Of a DNA stretch of 64,000 bases, positions 45,803 through 54,737 are shown in pieces. The DNA is taken from contig JBHNNM010000002.1 of assembly GCA_048563625.1 (NCBI GenBank), positions 5,483-69,482 on the forward strand. Direction: 5' to 3'. Source of the DNA: Gammaproteobacteria bacterium (GTDB lineage: Bacteria > Pseudomonadota > Gammaproteobacteria > GRL18). The notes beneath the pieces were generated by a model. The model worked only from the letters and a program-made list of their open reading frames with translations, made no database searches and was not told the DNA's origin. Position 1 is the stretch's first letter. Each line of letters opens with the position of its first letter. The translations under genes and the position numbers were made by a program.

Positions 45803-45983
45803 AATTCCTCCTTTGGCATTAAACACCAAGTTTCACTCGGGCCAGAACGTCCGGGCGGGTAATGCCCTGACCGATTTCGGACCAGACCAGCCAACCGGTT
45901 TTGAAGCGGGTCCGATGGATTCGGCTTTGAGCTTTTCACGGACCGGCATTTTGCCCACTTCTTCATCCGGAATGATCAGGATT

Positions 45984-46661
45984 TCATCGAGGGGCATGGA
46001 TGCCGTCAGCAAAATACCTCCTGACTACGCCTTTCTGACGCAGCTCCAGTTTGGTCTGAGGATCGAGATCCCAGCCGCGCAGGTCATTGAAGCGGCGACC
46101 ACGCATGACGATATACTTCACCGACAACTCGAGGTCCTCGATGATGGAGATCGCCTCGTTAAGGGCTTCCTCGGTCAGGGTGTTTCCGGTCACTTCAACG
46201 GTATTGGCAGCCGGAACTGCAGCCGACAATACAGAGATGGTTCTGCGGTCCATCTCTTTTCGAATGGCGTCCGAGGCACTGGTCTGGATATCCATCAGCG
46301 TGCCGATGTTACCGTTCTTGAGGACGGAGATGTCCACCATCGGATTGGAGTGGATGCGGTTGGTCGGAAACTCGACTTCATCCTTGCCGATCTCCTGTTC
46401 CTGCGCTTCACCGTCCTTACTGATCCAGTGGGCTTTGACGGTCGGCTTTTTCTGATAAAGCGGACGTTCACCCTTGGGCAGCGTGTGTTTGGTCAGCAGC
46501 AGCGAGGAGATTTCCTTGCGCCGGATTTCCTGTTCGATCGGAGCGGCAATTGCAGCAGCCAACGCCTGCATCCCTTCCGGAGACTCAAGAGCTTCACTCA
46601 TGAGCCTTGCCATGGTCTCCATGTATTCCTGGCTGTGAATGTTCATTGGGTTGTTCTTCAT
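45984..46661 (-). CDS. Major capsid protein (HK97-fold), first 225 codons; coding signal continues to TAA 45819 through two compensating frame changes
   Basis: Lies after the scaffold and decoration genes. Downstream, the +1 frame reads GGILLTASMPLDEILIIPDEEVGKMPVREKLKAES. The original frame then resumes with RFKTGWLVWSEIGQGITRPDVLARVKLGV*. Confidence 0.7.
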   Translation of the reverse strand: MKNNPMNIHSQEYMETMARLMSEALESPEGMQALAAAIAAPIEQEIRRKEISSLLLTKHTLPKGERPLYQKKPTVKAHWISKDGEAQEQEIGKDEVEFPTNRIHSNPMVDISVLKNGNIGTLMDIQTSASDAIRKEMDRRTISVLSAAVPAANTVEVTGNTLTEEALNEAISIIEDLELSVKYIVMRGRRFNDLRGWDLDPQTKLELRQKGVVRRYFADGIHAPR

Positions 46662-46678
46662 GTGTACAGCTCCTGTGG

Positions 46679-47044
46679 TTAAATAAGCAGTTTGAATTTC
46701 AAAACGCCGCTCTGAACGGAAATGGCTTGAGCGATGACATGCTGGCGATTGCCGATATTCCCACCTTCAAGTTTCCCTGTGGCCGATACCTTCAGTTCAT
46801 CCCCGGGATTGATCGTCCCTTCGAAGACATCCGTTTCGTACACACCGCCGTTGCAGTAGATGCCGGGCATTTCACCGCCTGCGTAATCCTTGATCAGGAT
46901 GCCGAAAGAACGGACCTCCGGATCTGTGTTGACTGAAAACAGATCGTTTCCTGCCAGACTCACCAGATGGCCAAGCTGGCCATCACCCTGCATATAGCCG
47001 TCACCGTAAGCGAGGCCCCTGTGACATGGATTGATAAAAGACAT
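46679..47044 (-). CDS. Putative head decoration protein (DUF2190-like)
   Basis: 121-aa beta-rich ORF between the scaffold and capsid genes. Confidence 0.4.
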   Translation of the reverse strand: MSFINPCHRGLAYGDGYMQGDGQLGHLVSLAGNDLFSVNTDPEVRSFGILIKDYAGGEMPGIYCNGGVYETDVFEGTINPGDELKVSATGKLEGGNIGNRQHVIAQAISVQSGVLKFKLLI

Positions 47045-47058
47045 AGCTCTTCTCCTTG

Positions 47059-48960
47059 TTACTTGATTTCCACGGTTTCGTTCGATTCGTTACCGACACG
47101 GTTGTTGTAGGCAGCCATGAAGCCGCTGCGCAGGCGATCCTCGAGGGAGAGCTTGCGGTCATCCACATCGTGCGGTCTCACCCCGGTGGAACTACGCATG
47201 GGTGTTTCGCTGGATGCTTTGGACTTCTGCTTTTCAGGCTCTTTTTCCGGTTCCGGCTGAGCCTTGGCATCTGCCTTGTGGCTTTTGGCCATCTTTTCAT
47301 AGGCAGCCTCGGTTGCGGCAAAAGCGTCGTCCGACAGTTCCGCCAGACGATTGAGTTCTGTGTCGCGGTCCTCGCCGAAATCCATGCCTTGCTTTTCGAG
47401 CTTTGAGATCAGTTTGTGAGCGCGGGCTTTCGAAGCGGCAGCCTTTTGTTCGGCCTCCAGCTCCTGAATGCGTTTCTGAAGTTCAGCCACCTGAGCTTTT
47501 AGCTGGCGGTTTTCTTTTTCCAGCTCGCCTCCGGGAGCCGGATTGTCTTCCTGCCGTTCCTGTTTTTTCTTAGCGGCGTCGGCGGACGACTCATCTGGTT
47601 TCTTGGTTTTTTCGTCCATAGTTGGATCTCCTTTGGGTTGGTGTGGGGCAGATGGTTCCTGAACCGACGCCACCTGCAGAATGCGGGCATTTTTATCTGC
47701 CCCTTTGCGGTCCAGCAGGCCCAGGCCCGTAAAAGTCACGCTGTGAAGAATCTCGAAGACGGGTTTCCCATCGAGTTCACGGCCCCTAAATTTTCTAAGG
47801 TGAGTGCAGTAATCGGCTTTGCTCTTGAAACGCTTGTGACAGACGGAGCATTCACCTTCTTCATAATCACACTCCATCGATACCTGCGTGATGATGCCTC
47901 GCTTCATGAGCTTGTAGGCCAGCTGGGCATTGGGCGTTTCTCCGGTATAGAGCTCACCCACGCACTCGACCCGACCGCCGATTTCATCTTCCAGATAATC
48001 AGCCGCCACAATCCCGCCGACGATGTCGCCAAACTCCTGCGAGTGCTGAAGATCGACTTTCTTGTTAATGGCGGTCATGTGCCTTGCGGCCAGCTCTTCA
48101 GCGGTGAAATGGTCACCATTCCGATTGGTGCAGGTTCTGCAGAGGATGAAGGTAAACTGGGGATCGCCCGGCAGACCTCCGCTCATCGCTTCGGCGTTCA
48201 GTCCCGCATTCTCATCGAGACAGAGCTCCACCGGGATGGAAGTATGGATATTGGCTGCGGCAGCCATCAGAACAGGCTTTGCCGCCTGATCGGTATCTGC
48301 ATTGGACTGGTTTCCTTTCAGACAAACGAAAAGGCGCTCCTTGGCGCTGGAAGCCTCGCCATGCTTGGAGGTGATCGAATACTTATGGTCCTTGGTCTTC
48401 ATCCGGCTCTGACGCCCCAGACCGCCGATGATCTTTTTCATCTGCTGTTCGTTCGGATAGGCGTGGTCGCGGTATGAAATAAGCCAGTGCGGGATATGGG
48501 TGGCGTTACCGAGAAACTCCTGAAAGAAGTCGGAGGCGTTGCCCTTGGTGACTGTCACATGGCTGGTTTCATAGTTTTTGACCTTGGTATCCGCCTTGAT
48601 GGTAAGGCCGTCCCAATAGGTCATCAGCCCTTCGACAAAGTGATAGGCTTTCTCGTAATTGGTGGTCGAAAACTCGGTGGCATACGGCGGATCAAAGTAA
48701 GCGAGGTCAGCCTTCACCTTGGGAAGGATCTCGTTAACATCCCCGCGATAGGCTTTGTTCTCCTTGCCGTTATCGAGTATCAGGGCGTTGATCCGCTCGA
48801 TATTCGCTTTCAGGCGTTTTTTGAATTCATCAGGTGTGTCCTGACGCTTGCCGTAATCGGTGGAAGACGAGAAGTGGCCGAAGCCGCCTTTGCCGCTCAT
48901 GCAGGTTTTGCCGAGAGCAAAAGCGCGATGTCCTTTTTGTATCCGGACAGATCGTCGCAA
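47059..48960 (-). CDS. C-terminal half of a Dam-like N6-adenine DNA methyltransferase fused in frame to an XkdF-like prohead protease domain and a coiled-coil scaffold domain
   Basis: ADLAYFDPPYATEF (motif IV). NRNGDHFTAEELAARHMTAINKKVDLQHS ... GIITQVSMEC resembles S78/XkdF proteases. ELEKENRQLKAQVAELQKRIQELEAEQKAAASKARA is the coiled coil. There is no stop between the domains. Confidence 0.6.
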   Translation of the reverse strand: MRRSVRIQKGHRAFALGKTCMSGKGGFGHFSSSTDYGKRQDTPDEFKKRLKANIERINALILDNGKENKAYRGDVNEILPKVKADLAYFDPPYATEFSTTNYEKAYHFVEGLMTYWDGLTIKADTKVKNYETSHVTVTKGNASDFFQEFLGNATHIPHWLISYRDHAYPNEQQMKKIIGGLGRQSRMKTKDHKYSITSKHGEASSAKERLFVCLKGNQSNADTDQAAKPVLMAAAANIHTSIPVELCLDENAGLNAEAMSGGLPGDPQFTFILCRTCTNRNGDHFTAEELAARHMTAINKKVDLQHSQEFGDIVGGIVAADYLEDEIGGRVECVGELYTGETPNAQLAYKLMKRGIITQVSMECDYEEGECSVCHKRFKSKADYCTHLRKFRGRELDGKPVFEILHSVTFTGLGLLDRKGADKNARILQVASVQEPSAPHQPKGDPTMDEKTKKPDESSADAAKKKQERQEDNPAPGGELEKENRQLKAQVAELQKRIQELEAEQKAAASKARAHKLISKLEKQGMDFGEDRDTELNRLAELSDDAFAATEAAYEKMAKSHKADAKAQPEPEKEPEKQKSKASSETPMRSSTGVRPHDVDDRKLSLEDRLRSGFMAAYNNRVGNESNETVEIK

Positions 48961-49445
48961 TTGGCTCTCAACGAATCGATGAGTGCGTGGACACCTTTGG
49001 CAAAGAAGATCCCTTTGAAATTGTCCTGAACAAAGGTTTTGGCTTTGGGGTTGTCCGCCAGCAGCTTTTCGATCTCCGCTTCGGACAGTCTCGTCGAGCT
49101 GTTTTCGATAATGGCTTTGACTGCGTGGTGACTGTAACGAAGACGGTCATTGGCAAAAACTCGCAGCCCTTTGGATTTGTACATGTAAGCAACAACGGCC
49201 GAGCCGGAAAAGGCATCCAGAACGGAGGAAACTCCGTCCGGGGTGTTACGCCAGATCCAGTCGACCAGTTTCTGTTTGCTGCCGATGTAATTGGTGATGT
49301 ACTTGGGGCGTTTCTCCGGGGGCTGCTCTTCAGGAGCCTTCTGTTCAGCTGCATCGGTCCCGAGCTCGTCGGGATCGATAGCGAGCGCCGCATCTGCCTC
49401 AAGGAGGAACGCCAGCCTTTCCAGGTCAGTGGCAAACATTTCCAT
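48897..49445 (-). CDS. N-terminal half of the Dam-like methyltransferase (frame-disrupted from 47059..48960)
   Basis: YIGSKQKLVDWI and LDAFSGSAVVAY (motif I). ATG 49445 has a GGAGA SD. The frame changes in the T4 run near 48925-48935. Confidence 0.65.
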   Translation of the reverse strand: MEMFATDLERLAFLLEADAALAIDPDELGTDAAEQKAPEEQPPEKRPKYITNYIGSKQKLVDWIWRNTPDGVSSVLDAFSGSAVVAYMYKSKGLRVFANDRLRYSHHAVKAIIENSSTRLSEAEIEKLLADNPKAKTFVQDNFKGIFFAKGVHALIDSLRANCDDLSGYKKDIALLLSAKPA

Positions 49446-49510
49446 CAAATTCTCCGGTTCAATCACTGTTATTTGCCCCGATCGCACCGGGCGAGCAGGA
49501 GGTTTCAGCG

Positions 49511-49543
49511 ATTACTTACCGGAAGGCTTTGAAATGTGTCGGA
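49511..49543 (-). promoter_or_regulatory. Conserved 33-bp motif, copy C, upstream of the methyltransferase-scaffold gene
   Basis: ATTACTTACCGGAAGGCTTTGAAATGTGTCGGA, between the MuF stop and ATG 49445. Confidence 0.55.
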
Positions 49544-49551
49544 AAGGCGTC

Positions 49552-50415
49552 TCAAATGTTTTTCAGTTTGATATCACTCAACACAGGAAGGTTGGTGCAT
49601 CTGCAAAATGGGTGTGCTGGTTGACCCGGAAATTTATCCATTGGAAAGGTTTTACCATTGAGAGGCCCGCATACCGGACAGGTTCGCTCGTCACCCATGG
49701 TCATCCACTCCAGCTTCTCAATTCCGACATGCTGGTGGAACTTGAGTCTCCCCATGTTGTGCGCACGCAATACCTCTGTCCGAGCGATCATTTCCATACG
49801 GTACTGCGCCTTGCTGAAGACTTTTGTTCCGGCCTGTTTGAAGGAGTCTTTGTAGATGACAACCCGTCCGAGGTCCCGGACAATTTCATCCGTACCTTTT
49901 CCTTCTATGATGCCCTGCATGATGACGCGCTTTATGCCATCGGCCAGTTCCCGGTTCACATCCCCAGTCAGAGTCAGATTGTACTGCGTCATGAAGTCGA
50001 GGGCATTGGTATCGACGATGGAGAACACTTTGGTGGCCAACTTATCAATGCTATCAAGCTTGAGGTCGGCATAGAAAGACAGTGATGCGGATGTCAGCTC
50101 GGTAATACCCTGAGCGATGCCGCCCTTGAAAGCATCCTTGGTGCTTTTGCGGAAAATAAGCGTCTGGTTCTTCTTCAACTGGCTCAGTATATCGTCCAGC
50201 TCTCCCTGTAGCTTTTCCAGACCTTTCAAAGCAGCCAGTTTGTTGTCCGGCAGCGACCCCAGACTGCGGTATTTCAAAATGGCTTGAGCCACTTCTTGTT
50301 CAGCCTTGTTGAGGGACTGAGTCAGTTGGGCGGTAATGGAATCGTTGTATCGGTTGCGGGATTTTAGGCTCTTGAGTATTGCCGCCTGAATACGTTCTTT
50401 AAGGTTGGAAGGCAT
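49552..50415 (-). CDS. Head morphogenesis protein, SPP1 gp7/MuF family
   Basis: 287 aa. RTEVLRAHNMG ... DERTCPVCGPLNGKTF ... HPFCRC is the Phage_Mu_F signature. Confidence 0.8.
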   Translation of the reverse strand: MPSNLKERIQAAILKSLKSRNRYNDSITAQLTQSLNKAEQEVAQAILKYRSLGSLPDNKLAALKGLEKLQGELDDILSQLKKNQTLIFRKSTKDAFKGGIAQGITELTSASLSFYADLKLDSIDKLATKVFSIVDTNALDFMTQYNLTLTGDVNRELADGIKRVIMQGIIEGKGTDEIVRDLGRVVIYKDSFKQAGTKVFSKAQYRMEMIARTEVLRAHNMGRLKFHQHVGIEKLEWMTMGDERTCPVCGPLNGKTFPMDKFPGQPAHPFCRCTNLPVLSDIKLKNI

Positions 50416-50417
50416 GG

Positions 50418-51923
50418 TCAGGATTCCCAGCGGTCAATGAATCTGCAGGCCGGGGAATCGAAGGTGCGCTCGGTGTTGTGTACCCGGCAGCGATTGGAAT
50501 CGGGGTTGAAATGGCTGCACTCATCACACAGGGAAGTTGCCGCCGTTGCTTCCAGCTCCTCTGTATAGTGATTGTGGGCTTCGGTATCGAGATCATTGCC
50601 GTCAGCAGGAATGCCCAGCATCTTTCTGGCGCTGGGCACACTCATGATTCCAGACACCACCATATCAACGACCGGTTTTACCTGCTTTTCATCCATCAGG
50701 TCGATGTTCTTGCGCTCGGTCTCGCGGTTGGCAGCCTCGATATCCGGGTTTAGATCCATCTTGAGCTGTAGGCTGGAACGGCTGATCAGTTTACGATCAT
50801 AAAGCTCGATGAGCAGTTTCTTGAAGTCGACGGCATCGCTTGGGTCGAGGTCGTTGAAGATGAATTGCAGGGACTTGTCGGTGTGGCCTTTCAGTTCCAT
50901 CCAGTCATCGAATACCCAGTCGAGTAGTTTGCGGGCGGCCTGTTTGATCTCCCGGATCATGACCATCATTTTCTGCATGCTCACAGAGGCCGTGGCAAAG
51001 TTGGGACCGTCACCGGTCACCAAGGAATGGGAAAGGCCCAGTGCCACCACAATGTCTTCTTTGACCTCCTTGACCTTGTCCTCGACGTTGAGCACCTGGC
51101 CATCGGTGCCGTGAGTCTCCACATTCACATAGAACGGGACCACAAGGCCGCTCTTCATATCCATCTTGTTGACCATGTCGCGGACCTGTTCCAGCATCCG
51201 CTGGTCGGGCATCACCATCTTCTGGCCAAACGCACCGCCCACTTTGAGCAAACGGAACGGCGTGGCCCAGCACTTGGCAATGGCCTGCTCGGCGCGACGG
51301 TAGTCACGCAGCAGTTCAATGGCCTGAAACGCGGGAAGAACCAGTGAGTTGCCTCGTGGTGAAAAGCCCGGGGCATCCCATTTTAAGTGGATGACCTGAT
51401 CCACCGGAAGGTTGATGGGGTCGCTTGCAGATCCTGAATCTTCTGCATATTGCTTGGCTTCGATGAGATCGCCTTGGGCATACTTCACCTTGACGGATAC
51501 CGGATTGACGCATACCACTTCCTCGATATCCTGACCGGAAGTTGCGTATCGTTTGAAGCCAACCGCGTCGCCTTTGACCAACATCTGAAGGATCATGTCC
51601 TTTATAAACTCCGAGACATTGAGTCGCCATGCAGCGTTGACCGCATCATCTTTCAGCGTCTCGTCATCGCTGGTGATTTTGATTTCATCACCGACCGCAA
51701 AGGTGCGCCATGAATTGACGCAGTTCTTTACCAGCGGCTCTTCGACATAGTATTCCCAAGCCTTTCTGGCTCGCTCTTCCCATGTGCACGGAACCGCGTC
51801 AGATGCGTTTACCTTGCTAAAGGCAGAAGCGTCGAGAGCTGCAGCTGCGGCCATGGGCACATTGGCGTATCCATTAGATTCGTTGTCAGGCTGCTCGGTA
51901 TCTGGCTGGGCGTTTGTATCCAC
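50418..51923 (-). CDS. Portal protein
   Basis: 501 aa between TerL and MuF. GTG start with SD. Has a Cys-rich C-terminal tail. Confidence 0.7.
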   Translation of the reverse strand: MDTNAQPDTEQPDNESNGYANVPMAAAAALDASAFSKVNASDAVPCTWEERARKAWEYYVEEPLVKNCVNSWRTFAVGDEIKITSDDETLKDDAVNAAWRLNVSEFIKDMILQMLVKGDAVGFKRYATSGQDIEEVVCVNPVSVKVKYAQGDLIEAKQYAEDSGSASDPINLPVDQVIHLKWDAPGFSPRGNSLVLPAFQAIELLRDYRRAEQAIAKCWATPFRLLKVGGAFGQKMVMPDQRMLEQVRDMVNKMDMKSGLVVPFYVNVETHGTDGQVLNVEDKVKEVKEDIVVALGLSHSLVTGDGPNFATASVSMQKMMVMIREIKQAARKLLDWVFDDWMELKGHTDKSLQFIFNDLDPSDAVDFKKLLIELYDRKLISRSSLQLKMDLNPDIEAANRETERKNIDLMDEKQVKPVVDMVVSGIMSVPSARKMLGIPADGNDLDTEAHNHYTEELEATAATSLCDECSHFNPDSNRCRVHNTERTFDSPACRFIDRWES

Positions 51924-51997
51924 GTAATCCTCTCGGGTTGTTTCCGGTTTAACGGCCGCACATCTCCCCGCTGTGGGGCGATGGCGGCAACACTGGG

Positions 51998-52030
51998 GTT
52001 GCTTACCGGAGGGAGAGGAAAAACGTCGGA
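51998..52030 (-). promoter_or_regulatory. Conserved 33-bp motif, copy D (more divergent), upstream of the portal gene
   Basis: GTTGCTTACCGGAGGGAGAGGAAAAACGTCGGA, between the TerL stop and the portal start. Confidence 0.45.
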
Positions 52031-52038
52031 ACGGCGGG

Positions 52039-53565
52039 TTAAATAAAGACCGGCTCTGTCAGAACAGGTTTGAGCCAAACGGTCTCTTCACTGGCAAGGT
52101 CGAGGTTGCCTTGCTCCCGAATGAGCATGGCGCAGCGGACCGCGTCGATGATGTGGTCGTTACCTTTGGAATAGATAATCTTGCCGTCCCGCAGGGTGTA
52201 GGTCTGGGTGGTGAACTGGTCTTCAATCTCCAGATCGTCTGAGGGAAAGATGATCTGTTTGCGCTGGAGGGCACCGTTGATCAGGCTGGTCATCAGTTCC
52301 TTTGTCCGCTTTTTGATTTCTTTGCCGTCGCGGATTGTGAGCCGGGTCATGCCGCCGAAGTCAAAACCTTTGAGTCGGCCTTCAAGCTCCAGTTCTTTGT
52401 ATTTGTCGAGAGTCAGCAGTTCCTGCACGACGGCCAGACCATTCCCGCCATTGTCCACGCCGATTCCCGCCGGAGTGAAATAGCGTTCGAGCAGTGCGAT
52501 GGTCTGGGCGATGTGCGGATACGATACATGCTCCATGTGAATGCGCAGCACCAGTTTCAGGATGCTTCGATCACCCACCTCGGCTTCCTGAAAGATAACC
52601 AGCTCGGTCGGGTCATTGGTATATCCAAGGTCTCCGCCAATCCAGAACAGTCCGGTTCGGGGCGTGAGGTTGAGCAACAGTTCAAGCCGATCATAGGCGG
52701 CTTCTTCCGTTTCACAATCACGCAGCTCGGCATCGGCAATGGTGACCTTCTGATACTCCAGCAATTCCTGTCGGCAGAGATTGAACTGCTCCACGTTGAA
52801 TGTTCCATAGGATGGTTTCCCGTGTTCCCCGGCGACCTCATGCTGCCAGCCTGATGTGTCTTTGCCGCCATAGAACTCCAGCAATTCCAATTCACGTTCG
52901 GCGCTCCAGAATGGATTGAGCCAAGAGGCCCAGCGGAACACCTTGAACTGTTCGGACATGGTCAGTCGATAATAAGTCGTGTTTCGCAGGCCGTTGGGCG
53001 TGGAATAGATTTTCAGACGGCCGCCTGTTTTCAGGCATTGCCTGAGCGCCTTCCATGCACGTTCGGAAAGCCATGCGCCTTCATCCACCCAGATCCGGCC
53101 CACATGAAGCGAGCGGAACGCATCGCCATAGGCACCGGCCGGTCGGAAATAAAGAACCGATCCGTTGGTAAACTCCAAACGGAAATACGGCTTCCGGTGA
53201 ATCTTCGGCTTGCCGTATTTCGAGAGTGCGATGCTGTTCATCAAGTCTTCATTATGATCCAGCTGGTACTCGATTTCTTCGATGACCGTGTCGAGATGTC
53301 CCTGATGAGGAGCGGCAATCAATCCCTGTCCGCCGCGAGTCGTGAAGGCATAGTGCAGTGCATCCGTCGCAAGCACGATCGACTTGCCAACGTCACGGCC
53401 ATCGAGGTGGATGATGTTTTTGTGGGAACAGCGGAGGTCTTCCTTCTGATGGTCCCAATACGAGCGTGCCGAACCGTCCCGGTTGTAGAGATATGCTTGT
53501 CCCCACAAGACCGGGTCACGGAGTGTTTCGGCCAGCCTGCGCTCCTTATCAGAGACACCCATCAA
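52039..53565 (-). CDS. Terminase large subunit
   Basis: 508 aa. ATPase motif HLDGRDVGKS, Walker B-like RIWVDEGAW, C-terminal nuclease-like region DHIIDAVRCA. Confidence 0.8.
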   Translation of the reverse strand: MMGVSDKERRLAETLRDPVLWGQAYLYNRDGSARSYWDHQKEDLRCSHKNIIHLDGRDVGKSIVLATDALHYAFTTRGGQGLIAAPHQGHLDTVIEEIEYQLDHNEDLMNSIALSKYGKPKIHRKPYFRLEFTNGSVLYFRPAGAYGDAFRSLHVGRIWVDEGAWLSERAWKALRQCLKTGGRLKIYSTPNGLRNTTYYRLTMSEQFKVFRWASWLNPFWSAERELELLEFYGGKDTSGWQHEVAGEHGKPSYGTFNVEQFNLCRQELLEYQKVTIADAELRDCETEEAAYDRLELLLNLTPRTGLFWIGGDLGYTNDPTELVIFQEAEVGDRSILKLVLRIHMEHVSYPHIAQTIALLERYFTPAGIGVDNGGNGLAVVQELLTLDKYKELELEGRLKGFDFGGMTRLTIRDGKEIKKRTKELMTSLINGALQRKQIIFPSDDLEIEDQFTTQTYTLRDGKIIYSKGNDHIIDAVRCAMLIREQGNLDLASEETVWLKPVLTEPVFI

Positions 53566-53840
53566 TTCATTCCTTTGCGGATGGCAATTCCAAGAACCGA
53601 TGAGATCAGCTCTGTGAGGATCTGCTGAACCGCCAATGTGTTCGTCCTGTTACTGACAGCTTCCTCGATATCCAGAATGGCCTGATCGAGTTCCTGCCAT
53701 TCCACGTATTTCTGCCGGGCGGCTTCCATACGTTCGAATGCGTCGTCTATGCGCCCGGCCGCCAGCTCGGAGCCGATATCCACCAGCGCCTGACCGGCCT
53801 CCCGGATCGCATCGCTGTTTTGTTCGAGTATTTGTTTCAT
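53562..53840 (-). CDS. Hypothetical helical protein upstream of TerL
   Basis: 92 aa. ATGA overlaps on both sides. Confidence 0.45.
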   Translation of the reverse strand: MKQILEQNSDAIREAGQALVDIGSELAAGRIDDAFERMEAARQKYVEWQELDQAILDIEEAVSNRTNTLAVQQILTELISSVLGIAIRKGMN

Positions 53841-54109
53841 TGTTCACTGTCCTCCGGGTTTGTGTTCGCCCAGCTATCCAGTGAATCAATGGCTGTCTGC
53901 AGACGCAGGCCGATTCCGACCAGACGTTCCGCATCGGGGTGGTTGGATTCAACCAACGCCTTGTTTGCCTCCCGGACATATTCCGGCGTGTAGCGGTTCA
54001 GGGTGGATGTTGCCGACTGAATCTGCTCAGGCGGCCTGTACGTGGCGCAGCCAGCAACCATACCGGCCAGCGTCAATGGGATTACCCATTCGAGTGCTTT
54101 CTTTAACAT
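53837..54109 (-). CDS. Small lipoprotein
   Basis: Signal peptide plus lipobox LTLAGMVAGC. Strong AAGGAG SD. Confidence 0.65.
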   Translation of the reverse strand: MLKKALEWVIPLTLAGMVAGCATYRPPEQIQSATSTLNRYTPEYVREANKALVESNHPDAERLVGIGLRLQTAIDSLDSWANTNPEDSEQ

Positions 54110-54365
54110 CTTGCGCTCCTTTGTTTTAGGGTTGTTGAATTAATGCAGAAACAACAGCGACGACGCCAGAACGGCCTACAAAAAGCGCCAGGACAACATT
54201 GCCGAGTACATCCAGCGGATTCAGAAGAAGCTGACCGCAGATGCCGGGCAATCGAATATCAACTGGGCTCACGTCGGGTCGCTCGGTCATGTCGAAGAGC
54301 TGCTCCAGCAGATCGATGAGTTTCTGGGTTAAGCCACCGGCTTCACAAACAAAGGAGTCAATGCC

Positions 54366-54737
54366 ATGACAGAGATGACCATTCATGAAACCACAGCCGC
54401 CTTCATCAACCATCTTCGGGAGAACGGCAAAAAAGAGCGGACGCTCTACACCTATCGGAAGGACCTCGATCTCATCGAGGGCTACTTCGGCAAAGACAAA
54501 AAACTTCAGGAGCTGCGTATCACGCAGGTTGGAAAGTTCCTCAAAAGCGATGCGCTGCTGAAGCTCGGAAACGGCAATGCCCGGGCCGAAAGGACCGTTG
54601 CCAAGACTATCCGCGTGTTCCGGATGATGCTGGTCTGGGCCAAGGGTTCTGGATTTATCGATGAGCTGCCGCTGCCCAAGAGCACCCCAATGGGACACAG
54701 CAAGCAGACGGAGGTGACCGATGCCGAACAGCAGTGA
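54366..54737 (+). CDS. Stand-alone phage-integrase N-terminal SAM-like (core-binding) domain protein
   Basis: 123 aa. FINHLRENGKKERTLYTYRKDLDLIEGYFG pattern, AAAGGAG SD. No catalytic domain. Confidence 0.6.
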   Translation: MTEMTIHETTAAFINHLRENGKKERTLYTYRKDLDLIEGYFGKDKKLQELRITQVGKFLKSDALLKLGNGNARAERTVAKTIRVFRMMLVWAKGSGFIDELPLPKSTPMGHSKQTEVTDAEQQ

